Shown piece after piece: positions 51,261 to 62,617 of a stretch of DNA of 64,000 bases. The DNA comes from Vitrella brassicaformis CCMP3155. Taxonomy: Eukaryota; Protista; Chromerida. The DNA is taken from positions 186,001 through 250,000 of the forward strand of contig CDMY01000821.1 in the NCBI GenBank assembly GCA_001179505.1. The letters are read 5' to 3'. The stretch's first letter is position 1. The number at the start of each line of letters is the position of its first letter. The position numbers and the translations under genes are program-made. Below the pieces are notes generated by a model that did no database searches, was not told where the DNA came from, and was given only the letters and a program-made list of their open reading frames with translations.

Positions 51261-53454
51261 TGACGCAGATATTGCAGGTCAGTTAGATAATCATGTCTCC
51301 GTGTGCGTGCGTGCGTATGCGTGTGTCTCAATTGTGCGAAGAGCTGCCTGTGTTAGAATTGTCTTCTGGTGAGTGTGAGTCCGACGCGTGGGTGGGTGGG
51401 TGGCTAAGATATGATCGTTCTCAGTGTGTCTTATGTGTCACACATCCCTTCCGGCCGTAAGCATGCCGCCATACGTGTAGAACATGTGAAGCGTCCGGGA
51501 TGCAGCCATCCATGCAGGTCTGACATGGGGGAATTCGCTCGCAGAGTGCGAAAAACGAGTTGTTGGCCCGGCCGCATGGGATGGGCAGCCAGACTGACAC
51601 ACAGGTCTCGCGTATCGTCCTCAAGTCTCTAGTGATAGCCACTCAAGCAGCCAGTACAATGGTGTTGTTTGCCAAAATCGCAGTCGGTCGGTCGGTCGGT
51701 CAGTCGTGCAGTCAAGAAGAGGAAAGATGAGAGCAGAGATGCTCTAGGGGACGACCTACGCGCGTACGGACACTCTACTCACACCCATCACACCACCAAG
51801 GAAGACAGACACCACAGAGAGGTAGAGCATGCCTATGGATGCACTCGTGCATTCATTCGTACATTTGTGCGGTCGGTCGGTCGGCAATATTTATCCTCGC
51901 TGATGATTATCATGAATGATAGACACGACCATCGGCCGCCGAATTACTCATAGACAGATAGGCGCTGTACACAGCAGGCAGGCAGGCAGGCAGGCAGACG
52001 GACGGACGGACAGACGACAAGGGGAAACCAGCAGGTCAGAGAGGTGCGTCCTACACTCCTGTATATGCTGTATATGCTGTATGTGTGTCGTGTCGCATAT
52101 ATTGCTCTGGTGGGTGCTGATAGATACACACCACCTTCACGGCAACCGAACAAACGTTTGTATTTACACCCACTCTCAACACCCATTCCACCCATTCCAC
52201 TCATCACCACAAAGACAGACAAACAGACAAACAGACAGACAACAGAGGCATGTTCAGGCAAAGTGACATACGGACGGCCACACATGCAATCAATCGCTCC
52301 CTCCTCCCCTCCCCTCCCCATAGCCACATAACCCGGATCATAGCCCCCTCCCTCCTCACCACCCCTCATCTCACCCACCTCATGTGCCACTGACGGCTCA
52401 TTGTGGCAATCAATCCATGCAGTGCATCCAGCCAACGATAATGAATGTCGTGTCACCTCTGTGCATCCGATGGGTGGGTTGGCGGCAAAAAAATAACACA
52501 TTATGTGTGTGTGTGTCGTTGTGTGGCTGGCTGGCAGGCGAGAAACGAGCAGACGGAAAAAGAACTTGAGCATCCACTCACTGAAAAAGCTAAGCGACGG
52601 AGATCTGATCTGCCTGGTCTGAGCCGGTCTGTTGCTCGGTCGGTCGGTCGATATGTGTGTGTTGGGGGCGAGGGGGTAGGGCTTTCCCGACCATTAAACC
52701 CCTTTACATACACTCACAGGCACATAGGCACATACAAAGGAAGGCAACATAAAAACCACACCAAAGAAAACGCTCAGCAGTGAGAAAAAGCCAGCAAGGT
52801 AAGCTAAGGCAGGCACTGCAGCAGTATTCAGTCCTCAGTCTTTGCCTCTCTCCCTCCGTCCCTTTCGCAGGTAAGTGTAGGGTACGTATCTGATAGATAC
52901 GATGGATGGCGCAACGAGCAATAGTGCGATCGAGATCTGCCGACGAGTGCGTGCGGGGGTGTGTCTGCCTGCCTGTCTGTCTGCCTAGACTACATTAGAT
53001 GCATCCGTACCTACACCCACCCATACCTACGCCCACAAGCGCACACACCCACATCCATCCATCCATCCATCCATCCACGCGCCCAATCAGCAGTCAATCA
53101 GTCAGTCAATCAAGGCACGCAGTTCGTGCGTACACGATGGCCTTCCACCCACCGTCCCCACCGCAAAACAAGACAGACACGGCAGCTCAGCTCCTGCATG
53201 GCTGCATGGAATGAATGCATTCCCATCCCTTCCCATCCCTCTCTCTCTCCCTCTCTCTCCCTGTACGCCCGTACTCACGTACACACCACATGACGTCACG
53301 CAATGCAATGCAATGCAGTCAACGCAGGCAGGGCGGCAATTGCAGTAGCAATAATGCGCTGTGCTCTAGATCGATGGATGCGTGTGTGCTGGTTCAAAAA
53401 AGAGGAGGTCTGCTCCCTCCCTCCCCTCCATGTGTGTGTGTGTGTGTGTGTGAG

Positions 53455-56193
53455 TTAGTCAGCGCTGGTCTCGAACAGGCTCATGACGGCCGCGAACTGC
53501 ATGAGGCCGCCCTCGACACTCATCTCCCCCGTGGCGATCGCCAGAGCGGCCGTCCGGGTGCCCTTGATCAGATCTCGCATCAAGCCAGACGGCATGCGCA
53601 CCTGCACACATCCATCCATCCATCCACCCGCCATCTCTCTCTTTCTCTCTCTCTCTCTGTGTGTGTGTGTGTACCTTGATGTTAGGGCGGTGGTCGCAGT
53701 GGTTGTGGTTGAGCTCGACCACGCCCCTGCGGATGTGCAGGCAGCTCACGCCCGCACTGGGGGCGTAGTCCGTCCAGCGGAACTCTATCGAAGAAACAAG
53801 GCTCAGCGCGCGCTCGGCCGCAAACCTGAAAGAAACGTACACGCCAGAAGGGGTGAATGTGAGGTGAGTGTCGCACGTGTGTGCGTGGAAATCGGCGTAC
53901 CTGACTCGCAGTACGTCCAGCGCCTGTCTGACGTCCTTGACGCGATCGAGAACCTGATGCACACATACAGACACCGACCGACACTCACGTGCACAGATGG
54001 ACAGACAGACAGACACATGCTCTCTCCCTCTGTCCCTCCCACCCACCTGTATTTTCTGTTCATCTTTGATTTTGAGGCTGACTTTGCCCTCTGCCTCTGA
54101 AGCTGCCGTGAGGAAGTAGTTGCGCCCCGTGGCCGCCGGCTGCCGCGCCGCCATCTCACGCAACGCCCGCACACGCAGCTTCTGGGCCGGCTCGTACTGG
54201 CCGTCCAGACGAACGGCCGATGTGGCCAGCTCCAAAGCCCACTGATGGATGCATCAAATCAAGCATGACACGATGGCCACACACAAAGAGGGATGGAGAG
54301 AGATGGCTTGGTCTGTGTGTGTTGGTGTGTGTTGGTGGGCACCTGTGCGCGTCCCTCTTCCAGCGCCTTCTCTGCTGCTGCCAGGACATTATCCCGACCG
54401 CCCGCCAGCTCCGCCAGACCCTGCCCCCCACACACACAGGCACACAGAGAGACATATTGAGATGAACGAACAAGTCATACACACACACGCCCACCTTGGC
54501 TCTCTCGAACGGTGCGAGTGGGTTGAGGTCGGCAGGGTCGCCTGAGAACCATCCCATGTAGTGTGTGAAGACCGCTCGAACGGCCCACGGGACGATGCCG
54601 TAGAAGGGCTGCAGGTAGGGGAGGGGGGCGAGGTGCGGGGGCAGCTGGATGCGCTGCACGATGTCGTCCAGCAGGTAGCCCTTGTTCATCAGCCGGATCG
54701 TCTGGTCGTGGACGAACTGAATGGCGTCGCGGTAGTTGGTCAAAGTCTCTGCCAACAAACAGACAGAGCCCCACACACAGAGCCCCACACATCCACACAT
54801 CCCGCCTCCCTCTCTGTTGCTGTATATTTTCTTCTCTCACCGTGTATGACTCGCTGCCCCCGGAGAGGCCGTGTGTGTGTGGGAACCAGGTACTGTGCCG
54901 GCAGGCTGCGCATGAGGTCCAGCGACCGCACCCAGACCATGCTGTCGCGGGTCTCGGTGCCGCGGATGGCATACAGGTTGGGGAAGGCGCAGTAGAAGTT
55001 GTCGGCCCCCACCAGCAGCCGCTGGTCCGGCAGCCATATCACGATCTGGTCCTTGGTCTCGCCGGGGGCGTGCAGCAGGTCCAGACGCACGCCGTCGATC
55101 TCAATCGACTGAAAGAAACCACAAGAGAAAGAAAGAGAGCAGTGCATCCATCCCATCGATGTGCGCGTGACAGGCTGGCTGTGGCCGCCTCAGGTACCTG
55201 TTTGTTGCTGGCCATGGTGCGGTTGGGGTGTATGATTCCCATGGTGGCCCGCCAGTCGTACAGCAGCCGCGGCCCGATGCCCGCGTTGATGAACTCCTCC
55301 TCAGTCAAAAACACGCCAAACTGACGCATCGCCCGGCGGTATGTCACGGCGCCCGTCAGTGAGAGCGCCTTGTCGATCTCCTTGACCGTCAACGGGTGGC
55401 TCCACACCTCTATCGACGACTGGTTGTTGTCGCCGCTGCTGCTGGTGGGGTGGTTCCCCAAATGCCGCTGGTGCGCGGCCACCAGAGAGCTCGCGCCGAA
55501 GATGTGGTCCTGATGGGCGTGTGTGTAGATGATGGCCTTGAGCGGCATCGGCAGCACCAGCTCGCCGCTCTCGGTCTCCTCCTCCCCGTTCCCAAGAAAT
55601 GGGTGCTGCATGAGGTCTCGGAGCAGCGCATCCATGGCGCCGGTGCTCTCCAATGTGTCGACCACAATGAGCCCGCCGCTCTTGCCCCTGATGAGGACGC
55701 AGTTGGCGAGCCCGTACCCGATGGCCACGAACACCGACTGCGTGACCTGGACGATCTCCTTGCGGAACACCTTGGTGTGCTCATGCAGGGCCGCCGGAGC
55801 GGCGTGTGGGTCCAGTGGCGGTGCGTCGGGGTAGAGAATCTCATATGAGAGGGGGTCGCCGCCTCCCATCCACCACATCCAGTGGGGCAGCGACAGCTTA
55901 CTCAGCAGCAGCAGCAGCGGGTGGCTGGCAGACAGGCCGGGCGAGAAGGCCCGCAGCAACACGCCCGTGAGCAAGATGCCGACGAAGGAGATGAGCAGGG
56001 TCCGCCGGAAGGGGGATAGGGGGGTCTTCTTGCGTGGGGTGGAGATGTCTGGTTCGCTCATCGAGTGCGGCTCGCTGTTGGCCGACGCTGAGGGGGAATC
56101 GGACGCTGTGGTATCGGCAGAGGGAGCGGGGGAAGGGTTCCTTGGCTGCAGGGCCGAGTTGTGCGCCGGGTCGTGGTCGCTCTCTTCTCCCAT
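53455..56193 (-). CDS. Alkyl/aryl sulfatase of the SdsA1/BDS1 type (metallo-beta-lactamase fold + dimerisation + SCP2-like domains) with N-terminal membrane anchor
   Basis: VFVAIGYGLANCVLI, IVVDTLES, IIYTHAHQDHIFGA, RAMRQFG, HAPGETKDQ, DNFYCAFPNLYAIRGT.RD, YGIVPWAVRAVF, GWFSGDPADL, and ATSAVRLD. The last exon ends with TAA at 53455-53457. Confidence 0.9.
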
Positions 56194-56800
56194 GGCTGCT
56201 GTCGGTCCAGCGACGATGATCAGGGGCGTTGTGCTGCCTCGGGCGTGATTTTGCTTCACTCTCAAGCAGCCAGTGGCCCCGCGCGATCCTCCCGGCCTCC
56301 CCCTTTCTCTCTCTGTTTCTCTGTCCTTCGCGCTGAGAGGGTCAGGCAGGCGTCAGCGAGGTAGATCTGAGTGATGTATGGCCCTGGAATTCATGTGTGT
56401 GTGTGTGTGTCTGTGTGTGTGTGTGTCTGGCTGTGTGATGCGTATTTTCGTTCAGTTTTTTGGTCCATCACCAGCCAGCCAGCCATCCATCCACACGCAC
56501 ACCCTTCCACGGAAATCAGTAATTGCAAAACATTTCGCAGCTGAGGGATGAAGGGCAGCTGGGGAGTTTCATCTCTCCGGTTGGGCGGCTCGCAGCAACA
56601 GAAAGGTCCATCCAGTGCAGAGAGAGCGGGCTCCCCCCACCATCATGGGTTTGTGTCCACTTAGTGCAGTGCATGGAGCTTCTCTCTTTAACCACTTCTT
56701 CTTTTTCAAGGGGAATGAATGGTTGGGTTGACACACCTAGAGCTAGTGCAGGAAGAAACCACTGGAGTCTGTCTGTGAGGTGCCTATGTTTGTCTGTCTA

Positions 56801-56831
<31 letters not shown>

Positions 56832-57149
56832 GCGTCTAAATACATACAAAGCACCCACCCCAACCGCTCACGGACAAAGCATCTGCCTGTCTGTCCGGAA
56901 TACTCTCACTTCGAGCCACTCACTTCTCGGCTCACCGACCGGTACCGCGCTTGTGGCCAGTGTCGCGACGCGAGCGAGGATGGAAATCAAGACATCCCGT
57001 GTTCAGGCCGTCTTGATCTCCATCACCTTTCGCAATGGACAGCGGCCCAGCAGCGGGGGGATACACAAGCAGAGGAAAACAAGATACATACACGTCTGGC
57101 AGCTCTCACACACACATGAATGCGCTCACAAGACAAGAGAGGACCAATC

Positions 57150-60100
57150 TCACGGTATGACGGTCCCCATGCACTCGATGGCCCCCCCTCCCCCGCCCAC
57201 AGCCACGCGCAAGACCATCGGTGCTGCTGGGGTCGGCGGATCTCGAAACACACAGAGAGCCGCTGCAGACCACACCATGGACAGACAGACAGACAGTTTC
57301 ACATATAAGCCGTGCAACGTACTTACCGGCGTCCTGGACGGCAGTGCGTGTGTGGCTGCATTCGGTCAAGACCAGCGCCTCATGACCGTCAGAACTGTCC
57401 GGCTGTGTCTGCGCCGCCCAGCCGATCTTCCACACACGGACGTGCTGGTCCCAACCCACCGTCACGTAATGCCAGTGGCGCTTGTTGCAGCTGTCATCGC
57501 CACAGTGGGACGGAGCCAGCACACCACCTGCACACGCACATACAGGCTGCAGACGTGCACCAATCCAATCCGGGTGTGTGGTGTGGGCGCGGTGCGTTTG
57601 CTGACATCGAAGTGAGGAGTGGTGTGCGTTTGGCAGTGTCCATGTGGGGATGGCCTGGCTGTCAGTATGGTCGCACAGCTGCAGCGAGTGGGGCTGTTGT
57701 GTGTGGCGGGAGAGGCGGACACGCGCAGAGGTAATGGACTGGTCGTCACTGCCCGTGCAGACCAGGAGATCCACACATGTCGCCTACACACATGACACAG
57801 ACAGACACGAAGGCACACAGTACATGGGTCTCTCTCTGTCTCTCTCTCTGTCTGGCTCCCTGACCAACCGTCGATTCGATGACGGCTGCATCCACGGCGT
57901 TGGTTCCCACTTGATGCGCCCGGTAGGAGGCGACAAGCCTCAGCCCGCCCTCGCCCACCTTGACCCGCCCACCTCTCCCCCTCCCACTCCCCTCCACACA
58001 CCTGCCGCCTCTCTTGTAGCCCCTCTCATGAGCCCTCTCCCACACACACGGCACATCAGTCCACGCAGACGTTGCAGATGCAGACGCAGCCTGACTCCCA
58101 CCACCACCATCGCCACATGCACTAGAGGTGGCGTCATAGAGCGAGACATTGCCGTCCTTGGTCCCTACTATCAACAGTACCACATGCACGCCCCTTTTAT
58201 CTACATCAGCCAGAGGGATCGGCACAGACAGACACTTGATGGCCAGCACGGTGGAGGGCAGGGAGGTGATGGACTGCAGCAGGGCGTGAGTGGGGGATGG
58301 TGGGAGGGCCATGCGGGTCGTGTACAGGAGAGCTCCAGAGGTGCCCGCGAAGATTGTCAGGTGGCGGGAAGAGGGCGACAGGTGTGACGCAACGGCCTGC
58401 ATTCACCAAAGACACACACATGGGATGGAGATCTCTCCCTGTGCTGTCGTGCGTCTGTCTGGCTGACCATGAATCGCTGGTCGGGTATCTGCGGCTCCGT
58501 CGCAATGTCGCCAACGGCCAGCTTGCGCACATGGGAGAGCCGGCCCGCCTGAGCCACGAACACGTTCATAACCATCCTCGCACCTGAACAAACAAACGGG
58601 CGGATACGCACTCATCCTGTCTTGCCTGAGCACAGACCGGCAGAAATGACCAGATGGGCGTCGTCTTGCCACTTGGCGACATCGAGGCACCGCACGGCAG
58701 CAGGGTGCATTACACAGGTCTGCACGGACGTCATGACGGTGCCGCTGCTGACGCCACCGCCGTCATCATTATCATCACCACTCCCACTGACGCGGACGAG
58801 TCGCACCGCATTGTCCTCACCCGCCGTCACAAGCATGTCTACACACAGAGAGAGAAAGGAAAAATGGGCCGGCCACACACGTGTGTGTGGACGGACAGCT
58901 TTTCCTCTCACCCACCTTTATCGATCCATTTGAGAGCCAGCACCTCTCGCCCGTGGAAGCCAGGCACCAGCGACCTTCCCTCGCGCTCACTCTCATTCTC
59001 ATCTTGTGACGATGATGGGTCCGCTTGCCGCGCCGCAGCAACGGAGTGCACCGAGAGTGTGTCGTGTCTGCTGAAGGCGAACGACATGCGGCCTCCCCTG
59101 TGCAGGAACGAAAAGGCCCGGCGAGAGCCGCCGCAGCAGACGCGCCAAACCTCCTGTTTGCAAACACGAGGACAGGGGTGTTGGTGCTTCCTGACTGTGT
59201 GCGCTCAGACCATTGATGTGCTGAGGTCCCACAGGACGAAGTCTTGGTCGCGGAAGGCGACGATGAGAGACTTGTTGTCAGGTGAGGTGGTCGTTGTTGA
59301 TGGCGTCGTGTGTATGAGCTGGTGCAGCTGATTCAGCTGAGACACACGGTAGGAAGAGATTCGCTGCAGAGGAGGCGATGCATCTGATCGAAACACATCC
59401 ATCGTGACACACACACATTCAGGTATATCTTCGTTCTTCTGGCCGGCCCTCTCCCCGTACCGTGGTGCCACTTGTATTCACAGATGCACCCGTCCGCCCC
59501 GCAAGACATCACCCGCTCCCCCTCCCGCGTCAGCCCCAACACCTTCCCCCCACCATGCACACGCTCCTCGCTGACAACCACCCTCCCCCTCAACATCCCC
59601 TCTCCCTCTCCCTCGCCCACAGACACCCACACCACATGCACACCTCCGTGCTCATCGCCCAGCATCACGTGTGAAGCGTCAACTACCAAGGCGCTCATGA
59701 GACGGCAGCTTCTGGTCTTTGATGTGGCTGGGGAGGGGGAGAGGTTGATGGCCGCTGCCCCAGGGGGGCATGGCGACATAGGCGGGCTGACGGCAAGGGT
59801 GGTGGATGGCGGCGCCTGGTCGTGTGTGAGGGCGGGGGTGTGGGGGAGCAGGCGTATGTCGCCTGTGAAGTCTGCCGCTAGGATGAGGGGAGGGTAAAGG
59901 TGGTCGGCGAGAGTGAGAACAAAGACACGGTCGACCCTCTTGTTGGTGTAGATGCTGCGCTGGTAGGCATGGAGCCGGTCATAGGCCGTCCACGAGCCTT
60001 GGCCGCCGGGCAACCAAGCCACCACGACGCTCCCGTCTGCACAGCTGCACGCCAGCACACTACACACGGACAGGCCAGGCAGAGGGAGGTATATCGGTGG

Positions 60101-60715
60101 GTGCATCCTGGCTTGGCTGACCATAGTTGCTGACCTGCCACTGACATCCATGCCGGTGAATTGTGTGGGGATGGTGGTGGTCTCCAGCAGCAGGCGAGCC
60201 GACACAGGCCCACCGGCATCATTGGTCCATTGCAGGATGAACACCCGCCCGCTTTGTGTGGCCAGGAGGGCTGACTGGTGGTCGGTCATGTGCACTGACT
60301 TGATGACGTCTCTTTGACCGCTGCTGCTCCTCGTGTACCCCTAATCTCACACACACATATATCAATCAGACCAGTGGGCGTATGTGTCTGTGTGCGGTGC
60401 ATCGGTACGTCGGGAGGTATCTGCCACGAGGCCACGGCGTCGCTTTGGGGATTGTCGGCTTTGGCACCGTCCTCTAAGCGTGGCGGCATGTGTTGGTCGA
60501 CGTGCCAGAGCTTGACGTCGCAGTCCTCACCACCAGACACCACTGCACAGACAGACATACCACAATGCAATACACCACAGCACACGGAGAGGAATGATAA
60601 CAGAAGTGAGAAGGAAAGTTTGCTTCTGATCTGAGTGAGTGTACCGATTGGTCTAGTTGTGTGCCCCTGGACGCTCCGCACACCACGGCCGCAGTGACCT
60701 GACGACATTTACACA

Positions 60716-60748
<33 letters not shown>

Positions 60749-62469
60749 CGGGGGACACGTGTGTGTGCAGATGACATGTAGAGGACAGAGAGAGAGAGAG
60801 AGCGGGGGACACGTGTGTGTGCAGATGACATGTAGAGGACAGCATTCATTCAGTCACTCACTCACCGAGGAAGGAGGCCACTTGTGTGCCATCGGACCGC
60901 CACAGACGGACAGTCGAGTCCTCACTGACACGAACGAACACGCACAGCACCACACCCAGCCAATGAGCAAACCTGCCTGCCTGCCTGCCTGGGGCGGTCC
61001 GTACCCTGCAGTGGCGACCAGGAAAGGTGCCGGGAGGAAATGAGCGTCCGCCGCATCAGCAGCAGCCGACGGCACCACTGATACATCCCACACCCTAACA
61101 GACAGACAGACAGACGCCCATCCAGCCCCGCCCATCACGTGCAAGTGAAGTGCTCATGTGTGTGGTGTGTATGGTATGCAATGGACCTGACCTGCTGGTG
61201 TGTCCCTCGAGCACCCCGATGCACTCATAAGGTGACTGACGGTCATGCACGTCAACGCGCCGCCACACACGGGCTGTCCTACACACGCAGATAGACCGGC
61301 CACACACACAAACAGACAGACAGATGGATGGATGGATCCATCACACGTGCGGGTTTGTGTGTTTCCGTGGTTGCCTGCCCTGCCTGTCATCGCTGGTCGA
61401 GCAGAGGACGGCCCCATCAAAGAAGAAACGAAGACGGAACAACACACCTGTTTGGGGGTGAACACCATGATATGCATTCCTGCCCTCGCCCTCCCGCTTC
61501 TGCCTGCCTTACCTCTGTGCCCACAGAGCTCCTGCGTCACCTCCACACGCTCACTCGCCACGCCCGGCCGGTCCTCACCATCAAGATCAAACCACCACAG
61601 CAATATCTACGCAGACATGGAAACACACGCTATGCTGCACGCCACGCACCCTTCACACACACACACACACGACAAGCCAAGCCAGGCCCACCTTGCTGAA
61701 TGCAGTTCCCGCAGCAACCAACACCCTTCCGTCATCACCACAGCCGACGACAAGCAGGCCCATAGAGTACAGCAGGCTGTCGTCGCGGCACTCCACAGAC
61801 ATCAGGCTGACCATGGTACCCTCCCTCACACACACCTGCTCGACCGTGTTGTGGGCGCACCCCACCAGGAGGGTGAGGGGTGACGCCTGTGGCTGTCGCG
61901 GTGATCGTGCGGTGAGCATCTGTGTCGTGAGGATCCACTCGCGAGTGTGGTAAGGGCGATGGCAGGGCGACGGAGGAGTCGACACTGCAGTGCATGCCAC
62001 ACATGACATGGCAGTGCGGTGCGCAAGAGGGTTTCGATTGCATTGCGGTGGTTGGTTTGTCGTTGGTGTTGCTTAGCTTACATGAGTAGAGCTGCAGCCT
62101 CCTACCGCCCCAGGCCAGCAGATAGGAATCACTCTCACCACCTCACAGACAGACAGACAGACAGACACAAACACACCTGTCCGTCCGTCCGTCCATTCAT
62201 TCATCTCTCCCCTCCCTCTCTCCCTCCCTTACGTAGGCACCTGTGTGATGGTCCAGGCCGTGGACATGCGTGTGATCTGAGAAGGCCAGCGGGCCATGCA
62301 GCTCCCGACCGGTGGCTGCACTGAAGCACCGGATGCATCCGCCGCTGGCAAAGGCCACGTTCATCTCGGCGTGTGCATGTCCGTAGAAGGTCACAGCCTT
62401 GACAGAGCCCACGAAGCACCGCCATTCAAGGGTGAGGTTGGACTCATCGGACTTGAAGCTCTCAAACAT
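57150..62469 (-). CDS. WDR6: Large WD40-repeat protein, WDR6/Trm734-like, multi-exon
   Basis: WD motifs VLEGHT, VVSGGEDCDVKLWH, LIVAFRDQDFVLWDL, LVTAGEDNAVRL, HPAAVRCL, IVGTKDGNVSLYD, YRAHQVGTNAV, VCTGSDDQSI, NAHHSSL and VTVGWDQHVRVW, with C-terminal AVQDAAAL...VAVGGGGGAIE. The WDR6 assignment is from recalled motif order. Confidence 0.7.
60730..60840. repeat. About 54-bp intronic tandem duplication x2
   Basis: agagagagagagagcgggggacacgtgtgtgtgcagatgacatgtagaggacag repeated. Confidence 0.85.
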
Positions 62470-62617
62470 GAGTGGCTTTCAGTGGGTCCTGAAAGCCATT
62501 TGGGCCATTACAGCATAGAGGAGACTCGTGTTGCTCAACGGGAGATCTGCATTTCTGAGCTTGCAGTTGCACTGCGAGCCCGCCGGGGAGGGAGAAGTGC
62601 TTGAAGGAAAAAAAAGG

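Noticed and set aside
25776-62469. Two tRNA-processing genes (SEN2, WDR6-like) as a functional cluster
   Set aside because: They are 30 kb apart with unrelated genes between them, so coincidence is the simplest explanation.
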